A stretch of 64,000 nt of DNA from an uncultured Bacteroidales bacterium (GCA_964477035.1 CAYZCW010000003.1:189231-253230); one strand, 5' to 3'; positions 1 to 10,788 are shown, numbered from the stretch's first letter. Notes: generated from the sequence alone by a model not told the origin. Numbers and translations are program-made.

Positions 1-2
1 GC

Positions 3-2243
3 ACCCGGATGGGCACCACCACCAATCAATATGGGTTTTACTCCATCACCCTGCCGGCAGGAAGCCACACACTCATTTTCTCCTATGTCGGTTACCGGCC
101 GGTGGAAACAAGTCTGGAGCTGGCCGGGAACCAGCAACTGGACAGGGAGCTCACACCCGCCCTGGAGTTGTCCGGGGTGGAGGTCAGCGGGGAATTGGCA
201 GAACGCATCAGCCGGTCGCTGCAGATGTCGCGAATCGACCTGCCGGTGGCCCAGACCCTTGCCATTCCCGCCCTGCTCGGGGAAAAAGACCTGTTCAAGG
301 TGCTCCAGCTTTTGCCCGGGGTGCAGAAAGGACAGGAGGGCACCTCCGGGTTTTATGTGCGCGGGGGAGGGCCCGATCAGAACCTGGTCATCCTGGACGA
401 CGCCACCGTCTACAACGCAAGCCATTTGTTCGGTTTCTTTTCCATCTTCAACGGGGATGCCATCAAGAATGTGCAGCTTTACAAGGGGGGCTTCCCGGCC
501 AGGTTCGGGGGACGGCTTTCTTCTGTTTTGGATATCAGCATGAAAGACGGCAGCAGGGAAAAGATCCAGGGTGAAGCCGGGCTGGGGCTGGTCTCCAGCC
601 GCCTCACACTCGAAGGACCCATCCAGCGGGACCGGTCTTCCTTCCTGTTGTCCGGGAGGAGGACTTATATCGATGCCCTCATCATGCCTTTTATGGATCC
701 CGACGAAAGGGGCGGCTACTTTTTTTACGACCTGAACCCCAAGGCCAATTACGACATCGACCGCAACAACCGCTTGTATGCCAGCGGCTATTTCGGACGG
801 GACAAGTTTTTCTTTCGGTCGGCCGGGGACATGAACTACCGGGACGAAGGCGGCATGTTCTGGCAAAATGCCACCACCACCCTCCGCTGGAACCACCTGT
901 TCAACGACCGCCTGTTCGCCAACCTTTCTTTCGTTTACAGCGACTATACCCTGAAAATCTACATGGAGGAACGCCACAACGAGGACCGGTTTGACCTCTC
1001 GTATTCTTCCGGCATTGAAGACCTCGGGCTGAAATATGACCTGAGCTGGAGCCCCTCACCCAACCACCTTGTGCGGGCCGGCCTGCAGACCACTTACCAC
1101 CGGTTCACCCCCAGTGCCGTCGTCCTGCAGGATGATTATGCCGGGGAGAACATCCATGAGGTCGAAACGATCCGGGTGCTGGAATCGGGGCTCTACCTGG
1201 AGGATGAGATCAGGCTGGGGGACCGCGGCATGGTGCATCCCGGAGTCCGGATCAGCCACTTCCTCCACGGGGCAAAAAGTTACTTCAAGGCCGAGCCAAG
1301 GCTCTCGCTCCTGTATTTTTTGCGGCCGGATTTTTCCTGGAAGGGATCCTTCGCGTCCATGAACCAGTACGTACACCTTCTGAGTTCTACCGGCATCGGG
1401 CTGCCCACGGACCTGTGGATTCCCTCTACCCGCAACATCCCCCCGCAATCGACCTGGCAGGTGGCCACGGGCCTTGCCAAAGACTTTCCGGAGCCCGGCC
1501 TGGAGTTGTCCCTGGAAGCCTATTACAAGGAGTCGCGCAATACCGTTGGGTACCGGCCGGGGGCCTCCTTCCTGCTGATCGGGGACCCTTCGGGAGCTGA
1601 GCAGTTCAGCTGGGAGGACAACATCACGGCCGGTGAGGGATGGTCTTACGGCCTGGAACTGTTCCTTCAGAAAAAAACGGGACGGTTCAGCGGCTGGGCC
1701 GGCTATACTCTTTCGTGGACCCGGTTGCGGTTCGATGACCTCAACCAGGGGGACCCCTTTTTCGCCCGCTACGACCGGCGACACGATCTTTCGCTGGTCG
1801 GCATCTGGGAAGTCAGGCAGGGAACCACCCTCTCGGCCACCTGGGTCTATGCCACGGGCAATGCCATGAACCTCCCGGTGGCGGAATACGAATGGGTCAC
1901 CCACGATCCCTGGGGAAGCGGGGAGGCCGGCAGCCTGTTGCCCGGGGCGGTGAGCGGAACCCCTTTTGCCATTTATCCCTGGAGTTATGTCAACGATTAC
2001 GGCGACATGAATGCCTTCCGGGCCGCCTCCTACCACCGCCTGGATGTGGGGGTACAGTTCCACCGGCAGGCCACTTTGTTCGGACATCCCGTGGAACGGA
2101 CCATCGAGGTGAGTGTATACAACCTGTACAACCGCAAGAATCCCTTTTTCTACTTCATGGAAGGGGGCCCCAACAGGCGGCAGCTGAAACAGGTCACCCT
2201 CTTCCCCATCATCCCTTCAGCCTCCATCAGCATCAAATTCTGA
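3..2243 (+). CDS. TonB-dependent outer-membrane receptor, N-terminus truncated by window start
   Basis: The frame is open from the window edge. It has a CarboxypepD_reg-like start (GTTTNQYGFYSITL), plug motifs (LPGVQ, VRGGGPDQNL), barrel motifs (YDRRHD, NLYNRKN) and a C-terminal Phe. Confidence 0.9.
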   Translation, partial: TRMGTTTNQYGFYSITLPAGSHTLIFSYVGYRPVETSLELAGNQQLDRELTPALELSGVEVSGELAERISRSLQMSRIDLPVAQTLAIPALLGEKDLFKVLQLLPGVQKGQEGTSGFYVRGGGPDQNLVILDDATVYNASHLFGFFSIFNGDAIKNVQLYKGGFPARFGGRLSSVLDISMKDGSREKIQGEAGLGLVSSRLTLEGPIQRDRSSFLLSGRRTYIDALIMPFMDPDERGGYFFYDLNPKANYDIDRNNRLYASGYFGRDKFFFRSAGDMNYRDEGGMFWQNATTTLRWNHLFNDRLFANLSFVYSDYTLKIYMEERHNEDRFDLSYSSGIEDLGLKYDLSWSPSPNHLVRAGLQTTYHRFTPSAVVLQDDYAGENIHEVETIRVLESGLYLEDEIRLGDRGMVHPGVRISHFLHGAKSYFKAEPRLSLLYFLRPDFSWKGSFASMNQYVHLLSSTGIGLPTDLWIPSTRNIPPQSTWQVATGLAKDFPEPGLELSLEAYYKESRNTVGYRPGASFLLIGDPSGAEQFSWEDNITAGEGWSYGLELFLQKKTGRFSGWAGYTLSWTRLRFDDLNQGDPFFARYDRRHDLSLVGIWEVRQGTTLSATWVYATGNAMNLPVAEYEWVTHDPWGSGEAGSLLPGAVSGTPFAIYPWSYVNDYGDMNAFRAASYHRLDVGVQFHRQATLFGHPVERTIEVSVYNLYNRKNPFFYFMEGGPNRRQLKQVTLFPIIPSASISIKF

Positions 2244-2247
2244 TTCC

Positions 2248-3207
2248 ATGAGACTTCATAACCATCCGACGAAAATTAAAAGAAGGCAGGTCCCGGGCAG
2301 CGCCCTTCTGCTCTGGCTGTTTCTGGGCTGGCTTTGCGTGCCGGCAGGCTGCGTGGATGTGGTCACCGGGATCGACTTCCCGGAACAGGATCCCAGGGTG
2401 GTGGTGCATGGATTTATTTCTCCGGCAGACACCGCCGTGCAGGTCAGGCTGACCTGGTCGAACCCCACCGGGGCCGGAACCCGAAGCGACAGCATCCGGA
2501 CCATCCCCGGCGCCACCGTGCGCATTGCAGGGGAAGGGCAGGCCCCTGTAAACCTGGTCTATCACCCGGAAAAACAGGTCTATGCCGTCCCGGCATCCGC
2601 CTTTCCGATCAGGGAGGGACAGCAATACTCTCTGGAGGTGCTGGTCCCCGGGCAGGAACCGATCCACGCCAGCTGCAGCATTCCCCCTTCCAACCGGAGC
2701 CTGGAGCTTACCGGCTTCATGGCGGAAGAAGTGGAACCGGGCCTCCTCTGGCGCTATGAACTGGAATACCGTTTCACAGACGGCCCCGGGGAAGGGGAGC
2801 GCTTCTATGCCCCTTCGGCCTGGCTGGGTGAAACCTGGTTTGTGTTCGGAGAGGATACCATGAGTATGGGCATGCAACGCTTCCGCCCATTGTCGGGAGA
2901 ATCTTTCCTTTCCAATGGCGGACGCGGGGGACGGCATTTTGTGCAACGGGCAGAGAACTATGTTCACCGGTGGGAGTGGCAGGAAACCTGGCAGGCCGAT
3001 ACGCTGTACCTCCTGCTGTTGTCCACGGATGAACATTATTACCGCTACCACAGGGACCTGGAGTATTACTCCCCGGATAATCCCTTCGCGGAGCCCGCGC
3101 ACATCCATTCGAATATCAGGGGCGGGCTGGGCGTGTTTGCCGGATTCAGCCGGCACGAACTCCGCCTGCCCGTCCCTGCCCCGGAAGTTTCCGGGGAAAC
3201 GCCCTGA
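2248..3207 (+). CDS. DUF4249-family lipoprotein partner of the TonB receptor
   Basis: Signal peptide with Cys (PAGC-VDVV), VVHGFIS near the N-terminus and C-terminal SNIRGGLGVFAG; starts 4 nt after the receptor stop. Confidence 0.8.
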   Translation: MRLHNHPTKIKRRQVPGSALLLWLFLGWLCVPAGCVDVVTGIDFPEQDPRVVVHGFISPADTAVQVRLTWSNPTGAGTRSDSIRTIPGATVRIAGEGQAPVNLVYHPEKQVYAVPASAFPIREGQQYSLEVLVPGQEPIHASCSIPPSNRSLELTGFMAEEVEPGLLWRYELEYRFTDGPGEGERFYAPSAWLGETWFVFGEDTMSMGMQRFRPLSGESFLSNGGRGGRHFVQRAENYVHRWEWQETWQADTLYLLLLSTDEHYYRYHRDLEYYSPDNPFAEPAHIHSNIRGGLGVFAGFSRHELRLPVPAPEVSGETP

Positions 3208-3223
3208 TACGTGACCTGCCGTC

Positions 3224-4609
3224 TTAGGACTGGATCTGTTCCAGCTCCTCGATCGTTTTGGGAATGGGCCGGCCGATCAGTCGCTGACCCGTGCCGGTCA
3301 CCAGGATGTCATCCTCCAGGCGCACCCCGCCGAAACCAAGGTACTCACGAACCTTCCCGTAATTGATGAATTCGGTAAACTTTCCTTCCTTTTCCCACTG
3401 GTCGACCAGGGCGGGGATGAAATAGATGCCCGGCTCCACCGTCAGCACGAAGCCTTCCTGCAGCCTGCGGCCCAGACGGAGGAAAGCCGTGCCGAATATG
3501 TCGGAACGTTTGAATTCCTCGTCATACCCCACGTAGTTCTCTCCCAGGTCCTCCATGTCGTGCACATCCAGGCCCATCATGTGACCGAGCCCGTGGGGCA
3601 TGAACAGGGCGTGGGCACCACGGGCCACGGCCTCGCCGATGTCGCCTTTCATCAGGCCCAGGTCCTTCAGCCCGTTGCCGATGATGCCGGCCGCCAGGAA
3701 GTGAATGTCGCGAAAGGGCACCCCGGGCTTGACGGCTTCAATGGCCCTGACCTCGGCGTCCAGTACGATCTGGTAAATTTCCTTCTGCCGTTGGCTGAAC
3801 TTGCCCCCGACCGGCATGGTCCGGGTGTTGTCGGTGGCATAGTGCATGGCGTTTTCACAGCCGGCATCCACCAGGAGCAGGTCTCCCTGCTTGAGCTGGT
3901 GGCCGTGGTAATGGTTGTGCAGGGTTTCCCCGTGCACGGTCAGGATGATGGGGAAGGAATGCATGCCGCCCCCGGCGCTGGCGATCCCTTCCATGGTCCC
4001 GGAGATCTGGTACTCATAGACCCCGGGTCTGGCCATCTTCATCGCGGTGGTGTGCATCAGCCAGGCGGTTTCCATGGCCTTTTCGAGTTCGGCCACTTCC
4101 TGGGCTTCCTTGACCGAACGCAGGGCCACCACCCCCCGGATCAATTCTGCCGATGCCTTGCCTGCCTGCTCCGCCGGGGGAATTCCCAGCATCTGGTCCA
4201 GCAGGATCTTGGTCTCGGCCCTGTAAGGGGGTAAAAAGTGGATGGTCCGTCCGGCCTTGCGGGCCTGGTCCAGCACCTCCTGAAGCCGGGAAAAGGGTTC
4301 CGAACGGCCCACCCCGACCCGTTCGGCCTTTTCACGGACCAGGGGCTGGGGGCCCATCCAGATGATATCCTCCAGGGTCACGTCGTCCCCGAACAGGATC
4401 TCTTCGCCGCTTTCCACATCCAGCACACCCGCCATGCCCTGGTGGTCGATCCCGAAAAAGTACAAAAAGCTGCTGTCCTGACGGAAGCGGTAGGTGTTGC
4501 CACGGTAGTTCATCGGCACATCCACGTTGCCGAGCAACAGGACAAGGCCTTCTTTCACGGATTTTTTCAGTTGTTCTCTGCGCTTTTGATAGGTTTCCTT
4601 GCTAAACAT
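3224..4609 (-). CDS. pepP: Xaa-Pro aminopeptidase (M24B, aminopeptidase P family)
   Basis: FRQDSSFLYF N-domain motif; metal-site motifs DAG, HGLGHMMGLDVHD, EPGIY and GGVRLEDD. Confidence 0.9.
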   Translation of the reverse strand: MFSKETYQKRREQLKKSVKEGLVLLLGNVDVPMNYRGNTYRFRQDSSFLYFFGIDHQGMAGVLDVESGEEILFGDDVTLEDIIWMGPQPLVREKAERVGVGRSEPFSRLQEVLDQARKAGRTIHFLPPYRAETKILLDQMLGIPPAEQAGKASAELIRGVVALRSVKEAQEVAELEKAMETAWLMHTTAMKMARPGVYEYQISGTMEGIASAGGGMHSFPIILTVHGETLHNHYHGHQLKQGDLLLVDAGCENAMHYATDNTRTMPVGGKFSQRQKEIYQIVLDAEVRAIEAVKPGVPFRDIHFLAAGIIGNGLKDLGLMKGDIGEAVARGAHALFMPHGLGHMMGLDVHDMEDLGENYVGYDEEFKRSDIFGTAFLRLGRRLQEGFVLTVEPGIYFIPALVDQWEKEGKFTEFINYGKVREYLGFGGVRLEDDILVTGTGQRLIGRPIPKTIEELEQIQS

Positions 4610-4632
4610 AATGGTATGGATATTTAATGGTT

Positions 4633-4681
4633 GTACTTGGTATTGGGTGATGGCTGTTGGCTGTTGGCTGATGGCTATTGG
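4633..4681 (-). repeat. Seven degenerate heptamer units (minus strand CCAAYAG-like)
   Basis: Plus strand reads gtacttg gtattgg gtgatgg ctgttgg ctgttgg ctgatgg ctattgg. The array includes the TAG stop of the upstream peptidase. Confidence 0.8.
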
Positions 4682-5970
4682 CCGGAAGCCAGGAACTCTT
4701 CAATTTCCTCCACTTCCACGGGGACTCCGGCCGTGAGGTCGACCGGGCCTTCCGAAGTGATCAGGATGTCGTTCTCTATGCGCACCCCAATGCCTTCATC
4801 CCGGATATAGATCCCGGGCTCGCAGGAAAGCACCATGCCGGGGCGGAACGTCTCGAAGCGGTGGCCCTCGTCATGCACATCCAGGCCCATGAAATGGGAG
4901 ATGCCGTGCGGAAGGTATTTCTTGTAGGCCGGGTTGGCCGGATCCTGGTGTTCGATGTCGGAGCGTTTGAGCAGTTTCAATCCGATGAGCTCCTTTTCCA
5001 TGATCTTGCACACCTCCTTGTTGTAGGCGTCGATGTGGGTGCCGGTCACCAGCATGGCACGGGCCTCCTTCATCACCCTCAGACAGGCATTGTAAATGTC
5101 TTTCTGCCGGGGGGTGAACCGGCCGTTGACCGGGAAGGTGCGGGTGATGTCGCCGGCATAGTTGGCATATTCCGCTCCCGTGTCAATCAGCAGGAGGTCC
5201 CCGTCCCGGCACACCCTGTTGTTCTCGATGTAATGCAGCACGCAGGCGGCGGCACCGGAAGCCACGATGGGATAAAAGGAATGGCCCGTGGCCCTTTTCC
5301 TGAGGTATTCGTGGGTGATCTCGGCCTCGATCTCGTATTCGGGAACACCCGGTGCGGCATAACGCATGGCCCGCATCATGCCGGAGGCGGTGATGTCGAT
5401 GGCCTGCTTCATCAATTCCAGCTCCAGGTCAGACTTGGTCAGTCGCAGGCTGGTGATCAGGGGGGTGGTCCTCATGTATTGGTGAAGGGGGTAGTGCGCC
5501 TGCAGATCCTGCACGAAACGCAGGTTGCGGTAGCTCATCTCCCCCCCGTAGCGTGGATTCTCCAGGGTGCTGAGGTAGACATTTTCGGCATAGGCCATGG
5601 CTTCCTTCATCATGCCCCCGAAGGAAGACAGCCAGTGAACGGTCTCGATGCCGGAGGTGGCGGTGGCTTCTTCTTTCGTGTATTTATGCCCTTCGTACAC
5701 GGCGATGTGGTCGTTGGTCTCCAGCAAAAACAACACCTCCCGGAGGGCCGGGTTCGGGCTGTCGGGAAACAGCATCAGGATGCTCTTTTCCTGGTCGATC
5801 CCGGTCAGGTAGAAGAAGTCGGGATGCTGCCTGTACGGGAAAAACTGGTCGCTGCTGTAAGGCATCTGGTCATTGCTGTGAATAAACGCCACGGAGCCGG
5901 GTTTCAGCAGTTTACGGAACCGTTCCCGGTTGTACAGGAAGAGGCTTTGATCAATGGGCAAATACTTCAT
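4675..5970 (-). CDS. Second Xaa-Pro aminopeptidase (M24B)
   Basis: FYLTGIDQE, DTGAEYANYAGDITRT, HGISHFMGLDVHD, EPGIY and GVRIENDIL motifs. Confidence 0.9.
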   Translation of the reverse strand: MKYLPIDQSLFLYNRERFRKLLKPGSVAFIHSNDQMPYSSDQFFPYRQHPDFFYLTGIDQEKSILMLFPDSPNPALREVLFLLETNDHIAVYEGHKYTKEEATATSGIETVHWLSSFGGMMKEAMAYAENVYLSTLENPRYGGEMSYRNLRFVQDLQAHYPLHQYMRTTPLITSLRLTKSDLELELMKQAIDITASGMMRAMRYAAPGVPEYEIEAEITHEYLRKRATGHSFYPIVASGAAACVLHYIENNRVCRDGDLLLIDTGAEYANYAGDITRTFPVNGRFTPRQKDIYNACLRVMKEARAMLVTGTHIDAYNKEVCKIMEKELIGLKLLKRSDIEHQDPANPAYKKYLPHGISHFMGLDVHDEGHRFETFRPGMVLSCEPGIYIRDEGIGVRIENDILITSEGPVDLTAGVPVEVEEIEEFLASGQ

Positions 5971-6244
5971 AAGGATTCAATGGGTTATCGATGGAACAAG
6001 TTGATTCGTATTTATTTAAAAAGAATTCAAATAATCGGAAGGCTTGCTTATCAGACCGGGAAGGCATACATTTGTTTGCCCTGGTCCTCCAAATCACCCT
6101 GTTCCGGAGGTTTCCCACCGGCAAATTGCGGTATTTCCCCGCGCACGGATCAGGCGGGCGGGCATTCTTTGACAAGCGTGATCCGGTGATGCAAAGTAAC
6201 TATTTTTTTCACAATTTATCAGGTTTATCAAAAGCTATCCGAGT

Positions 6245-6913
6245 ATGAAGAAGTCTGTTTTCAGCCTATCCTCCCTGGGACACAAATATGTGATGGCGCT
6301 TGCGGGGATGTTCCTGATGTTGTTTCTGCTGTTTCACCTGGCCACCAACCTGCTGATGCTCATTGGCAAGGACGCCTTTGACGGCGCGGTGGCCTTTCTT
6401 ACCGACAACCCCGGGGTCAAGATAATGGAGTACGTCCTGTTTGCCGGCTTTCTGATCCACATCCTCCTGGGGGTGATCATCTGGTGGCATAACCGCCGGT
6501 CCCGGCCCGTGAAATACCATGTGGCCCTGAAAACCGAGACGGCCGCTTTTTCCCGGTTCATGATCCATACGGGGGTGGTCATTTTTATCTTCCTGGTCAT
6601 CCACCTGATCAACTTTTATTTCGTCAAACTGGGGCTGGTTCCCCTGCCCGCGGCAGCGGCAGACCGGCACGACTTTTTTCCCATGGCGGTGGCCCTGTTT
6701 CAGAACCCGTGGTATTCGGCCCTGTACATCCTGTGCTTCGTGTTCCTGGGCTTCCACCTGAACCACGCCTTCCAGTCCGCTTTTCAGTCGCTTGGACTCA
6801 ACCACAACAGGTACTTCCCGGCCATCAAGGTGATCGGGACCATTTATGCACTGGTCATATTCGCCGGATTTTCCATGATCCCCCTGTATTTTCTGTTTGT
6901 TTACCAGGGCTGA
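6245..6913 (+). CDS. sdhC: Succinate dehydrogenase/fumarate reductase cytochrome b558 subunit
   Basis: Five hydrophobic helices with heme-ligand His residues (FHLATN, LIHIL, VIHL, FHLNH); precedes the flavoprotein gene. Confidence 0.9.
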   Translation: MKKSVFSLSSLGHKYVMALAGMFLMLFLLFHLATNLLMLIGKDAFDGAVAFLTDNPGVKIMEYVLFAGFLIHILLGVIIWWHNRRSRPVKYHVALKTETAAFSRFMIHTGVVIFIFLVIHLINFYFVKLGLVPLPAAAADRHDFFPMAVALFQNPWYSALYILCFVFLGFHLNHAFQSAFQSLGLNHNRYFPAIKVIGTIYALVIFAGFSMIPLYFLFVYQG

Positions 6914-6976
6914 TGTGGACCGCGCCATACCCATTCCTTATCCGACAACCCATTCAGACATCCAAACCCCTGAGCT

Positions 6977-8896
6977 ATGATGCAGCTTGATTCAAAAATA
7001 CCCGCCGGGCCGCTGGCCGACAAGTGGAGCAACCACAAAAACAGCCTGCGCCTGGTAAATCCTGCCAACAAAAAGAAACTGGAGATCATTGTGGTGGGCA
7101 CGGGCCTTGCCGGGGCCGGGGCCGCCAGCGCCCTTGGGGAGCTGGGCTATCAGGTCAAGGTGTTTTGCTTCCAGGATTCGCCCCGCCGGGCCCATTCCGT
7201 GGCGGCCCAGGGAGGCATCAATGCCGCCAAGAACTACCGCAACGACGGAGATTCCATATACCGCCTGTTCCATGACATGATCAAGGGGGGAGACTACCGG
7301 GCCCGGGAAGCCAATGTCTACCGCGCAGCAGAGGTGAGCAACGAGGTGATCGACCATTTTGCGGCCATGGGCGTGCCTTTCGCGCGCGACTATGGCGGGG
7401 CCCTGGACACCCGGTCATTCGGGGGCGTTCAGGTATCGAGGACCTTCTATGCCAAAGGCCAGACCGGTCAGCAGTGCCTCCTGGGGACCTACTCCTCCCT
7501 GACCCGGCAGGTTGCCAAAGGCACCGTGACGATGTACCCCCGGCGCGACATGCTCGACCTGGTGGTGGTCGACGGCAAGGCCAGGGGCATCATCACCCGG
7601 AACCTCGTCACCGGGGAGCTGGAAAGGCATGCGGCCCATGCCGTGGTCCTGGCCACAGGGGGGTACGGGACTGTCTACTACCTGTCGACCCTCGCTTTGG
7701 GAAGCAACGCTTCTGCCGCCTGGAACTCCCACAAGAAAGGGGCGCTCTTCGCCAATCCCAGTTTCATCCAGATACACCCCACCAGCATCCCGGTACTCAA
7801 CGATTACCAGTGCAAGCTGACCCTGATGTCGGAGTCGCTTCGCAACGACGGCCGGGTATGGGTGCCCAAAGAAATGGGTGACAAACGAAAGGCGGGCGAC
7901 ATTCCCGAAGAGGAACGCGATTATTACCTGGAGCGCAGGTATCCTGCCTTCGGCAACCTGGTGCCGCGCGATGTCGCTTCCCGGGCAGCCAAGGAACGCT
8001 GCGACGCCGGCTACGGGGTGGGCGATACCGGCCTGTCGGTCTACCTGGACTTCAAGGATGCCATTGCCAAACAGGGCAAAAAGGCCATCGAGAACAAATA
8101 CGGCAACCTGTTTGAGATGTACGAAAAAATCACCGGCTCGAATCCCTATGAGGAGCCCATGCGCATTTATCCTGCGGGGCATTACACCATGGGCGGATTG
8201 TGGGTCGACTACAACCTGATGACGACCATCCCGGGCCTGTTTGCCATCGGCGAAAGCAATTTTTCGGATCATGGAGCAAACCGCCTGGGGGCCAGCTCCC
8301 TCATGCAGTGTTCGGGGGACGGCTATTTCATCCTGCCCTACACCATCAGCGATTACCTGGCCGATGAGATCCGCACTCCTAAGATCAAAACAGATGTACC
8401 CGCATTCGGACAGGCCGAAAACGAGGTCAGGCAACGCATCGACCGCATCATGGCGGTCGGAGGCAGGCAGACGGCCGCCTCCTTTCACAAGAGACTCGGC
8501 AAGATCCTGTGGGACTACTGCGGCATGATCCGCAATGAAGCAGGCCTGAAGAAAGGCATGCAACTGATCAATGAGCTGGAGGAGGAATTCTGGAAGGAGG
8601 TCGGCGTGCCGGGAGGGGACAAGGACCTGAACCAGGAACTGGAGAAGGCGCTGAAAGTGGCCGACTACTTTGAGGTGGGCCGGCTCATGTGCCAGGATGC
8701 GCTCGAGCGGAACGAGAGCTGCGGAGCCCATTTCCGGGAGGAGCACCAGACGGAGACCGGGGAAGCCATGCGCGACGATGCCCGTTATGCCTATGTGGCG
8801 GCCTGGGAGTATGCAGGCAAGGGCCAGCCGTCCAGGCTGCATAAGGAGCCCCTGAATTTTGAATTTGTTGAGCTGAAAGAACGGAGTTACAAATAA
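6977..8896 (+). CDS. sdhA: Succinate dehydrogenase/fumarate reductase flavoprotein
   Basis: GTGLAG FAD motif, [36 protein letters not shown] and ESCGAHFR. Confidence 0.95.
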   Translation: MMQLDSKIPAGPLADKWSNHKNSLRLVNPANKKKLEIIVVGTGLAGAGAASALGELGYQVKVFCFQDSPRRAHSVAAQGGINAAKNYRNDGDSIYRLFHDMIKGGDYRAREANVYRAAEVSNEVIDHFAAMGVPFARDYGGALDTRSFGGVQVSRTFYAKGQTGQQCLLGTYSSLTRQVAKGTVTMYPRRDMLDLVVVDGKARGIITRNLVTGELERHAAHAVVLATGGYGTVYYLSTLALGSNASAAWNSHKKGALFANPSFIQIHPTSIPVLNDYQCKLTLMSESLRNDGRVWVPKEMGDKRKAGDIPEEERDYYLERRYPAFGNLVPRDVASRAAKERCDAGYGVGDTGLSVYLDFKDAIAKQGKKAIENKYGNLFEMYEKITGSNPYEEPMRIYPAGHYTMGGLWVDYNLMTTIPGLFAIGESNFSDHGANRLGASSLMQCSGDGYFILPYTISDYLADEIRTPKIKTDVPAFGQAENEVRQRIDRIMAVGGRQTAASFHKRLGKILWDYCGMIRNEAGLKKGMQLINELEEEFWKEVGVPGGDKDLNQELEKALKVADYFEVGRLMCQDALERNESCGAHFREEHQTETGEAMRDDARYAYVAAWEYAGKGQPSRLHKEPLNFEFVELKERSYK

Positions 8897-8913
8897 GCCC
8901 AATCACTGCGGAT

Positions 8914-9669
8914 ATGGACATCAAACTGAAGATCTGGCGGCAAAAGAACGCCCATGCCAAAGGCCAATTCGAGACCCATGAGCTGAAAGGGGTCTCCCCC
9001 GAAATGTCATTTCTCGAAATGCTCGATTTTCTCAATGCAGAACTCATTGCCCGGGGGGAAGAGCCCGTGGCGTTCGAACACGACTGCCGGGAAGGAATCT
9101 GTGGCAGTTGCGGCCTGTTCATCAACGGGAGGCCGCACGGCCCGCAGAAAAAGACCACGACCTGTGAACTCCATATGAGGGAGTTCGCAGATGGGGAAAC
9201 GATCGTGGTCGAACCCTGGAGGGCACGCGCCTTTCCGGTCATCAAGGACCTGATCGTGGACCGCAGCGCTTTCGAAAAAGTCATGCAGGCGGGCGGGTTC
9301 ATCAGCATCAATACCGGATCCGCCCCGGAAGCCAACGGCCTGCCCATTGGAAAGATCATCGCGGACAAGGCCTTCGATGCAGCCGTTTGCATCGGATGCG
9401 GCGCCTGTGTGGCCGCCTGCAAGAACTCCTCCGCCATGCTGTATGTGGCCGCCAAAGTGGCCCAGTATGCCATGCTGCCCCAGGGCAGGGTGGAAGGACC
9501 CGGCCGCGTGCGCAATATGGTGAAGGCGATGGATGACATGAATTTTGGTTTCTGCTCCAATACCTATGGCTGTGAGTTTGATTGCCCCAAGGGCATCAGC
9601 GTGGAGTTCATCGCAAAGATGAACCGGGAGTTCATGGCCGCCCGGGTCTGCAGCCCGAAGCCGGAATGA
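8914..9669 (+). CDS. sdhB: Succinate dehydrogenase/fumarate reductase Fe-S subunit
   Basis: [20 protein letters not shown] and [12 protein letters not shown] cluster motifs. Confidence 0.95.
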   Translation: MDIKLKIWRQKNAHAKGQFETHELKGVSPEMSFLEMLDFLNAELIARGEEPVAFEHDCREGICGSCGLFINGRPHGPQKKTTTCELHMREFADGETIVVEPWRARAFPVIKDLIVDRSAFEKVMQAGGFISINTGSAPEANGLPIGKIIADKAFDAAVCIGCGACVAACKNSSAMLYVAAKVAQYAMLPQGRVEGPGRVRNMVKAMDDMNFGFCSNTYGCEFDCPKGISVEFIAKMNREFMAARVCSPKPE

Positions 9670-9710
9670 TCCAGGCTGCCAGGGATTTCTGAGGTTTGAT
9701 CTTTTTTTTG

Positions 9711-9740
9711 AAAAAACCGCCGGCTTTCCGGCGGTTTTTT
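9711..9740. terminator. Intrinsic terminator after sdhB
   Basis: aaaaaaccgccgg-cttt-ccggcggtttttt is a perfect hairpin with A and T tracts. Confidence 0.85.
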
Positions 9741-9799
9741 TGTGCCAATAAATTCATTATAAAAGACTACGTGACCGCAAAACATATTTATATATTTCT

Positions 9800-9807
9800 T
9801 ACATTTG
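9800..9807 (+). promoter_or_regulatory. Bacteroidetes housekeeping -7 element upstream of the ArsR gene
   Basis: TACATTTG matches TAnnTTTG, in an AT-rich context about 60 nt before the ATG. Confidence 0.55.
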
Positions 9808-9870
9808 ACAAAATGTATTGACCCGTTATACCAAGTAACACTTCCAGCCATCCATAATTCTTTTACCATC

Positions 9871-10164
9871 ATGCCCAACCAGAAACTCGACCCCAAGCGG
9901 CTTGAGGAAGCCGCCAGCAAACTAAGGGCAATCGCTCATCCCATGCGCATTGCCATCATCGGGCTGCTCGAAAACAAGGAGCAAATGAATGTCACCGAAA
10001 TCTACGAGACCCTGAAGATTGAGCAAGCCTCGGCATCGCACCACCTGAACATTTTAAAAACGAAAGGGGTGCTGGACTCCCGCCGGAGCGGTAAAAACAC
10101 ATTCTATTTTCTCAAGCATGAGGCCCTGAGCCAGATGATCGACTGCCTGAACCGCTGTTACTGA
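9871..10164 (+). CDS. ArsR/SmtB-family winged-helix regulator
   Basis: LRAIAHPMRIAII, MNVTEI, QASASHHLNILK and SRRSGK...FYFL pattern; ATG at 9871 preferred over the upstream TTG. Confidence 0.9.
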   Translation: MPNQKLDPKRLEEAASKLRAIAHPMRIAIIGLLENKEQMNVTEIYETLKIEQASASHHLNILKTKGVLDSRRSGKNTFYFLKHEALSQMIDCLNRCY

Positions 10165-10240
10165 CACACACCCGGCCTGGCAAATGGCTGAAGGCCCTGC
10201 TTTTGGCCGGCTTCCAGGGCTGCTAATGCCCCGTGGCTAT

Positions 10241-10282
10241 GCACCCATCCGAGAAAAATTCCGGATGGGTGCGTCTTTTTTT
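10241..10282 (+). terminator. Intrinsic terminator after the ArsR gene
   Basis: gcacccatccg ... cggatgggtgc stem followed by gtcttttttt. Confidence 0.7.
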
Positions 10283-10386
10283 AAGACAATTTTTCATTGC
10301 GTACAATAATTCATTACTTTCGTATGTCTTTTTACAAGTTACACGAGACACGAATTCACTGATTGGTTAAGCAAAAAGAATACGCA

Positions 10387-10788
10387 ATGAAAAGGTTATC
10401 TATTCTCTTTTGCATTCTGGTGCTTGGCACCACCATGCTGTTCGGCCAGACCGGCCCCAAACTGACCTACGATGTGGAACGGGTGGACGTGGGAACCCAT
10501 TACATGGAAGAACTGGGCACGATCAAGGTGGAGGTCTCTTTCACCAATACGGGCGATCAGCCCCTGATCCTCTCTGCAGCAAGAGGCTGCTGCGGCACAC
10601 GCGTCACCAGCTGGTCTGCCGAACCGGTCACTCCCGGCGAAAAGGGGGTTGTCACCATCGAGTTCCGGCCTGCCGCCAGGCCCCACAACATCAGCCGGAC
10701 CCTCACTTTGACCTCCAACGATCCGGACGGAACATCCATCATCCGGATTACCGGCAAGGTGGTGGAAGGGAAAAGCGAGGACCTGTAA
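10387..10788 (+). CDS. DUF1573 Ig-like exported protein, copy 1
   Basis: Signal peptide, FTNTGDQPLIL, GCCGT, PGEKG and TLTSND. Confidence 0.8.
   Translation: MKRLSILFCILVLGTTMLFGQTGPKLTYDVERVDVGTHYMEELGTIKVEVSFTNTGDQPLILSAARGCCGTRVTSWSAEPVTPGEKGVVTIEFRPAARPHNISRTLTLTSNDPDGTSIIRITGKVVEGKSEDL

Noticed and set aside
4633-4681. CRISPR or DGR interpretation of the repeat arrays
   Set aside because: The units are 7 nt and contiguous with no spacers, and there are no cas or reverse transcriptase genes in the window.
6977-8896. Deviant SdhA motifs ([17 protein letters not shown]) as a sign of a new enzyme
   Set aside because: The FAD-linked His and catalytic His/Arg motifs are intact and the sdhCAB layout is standard; it is at most a divergent orthologue.
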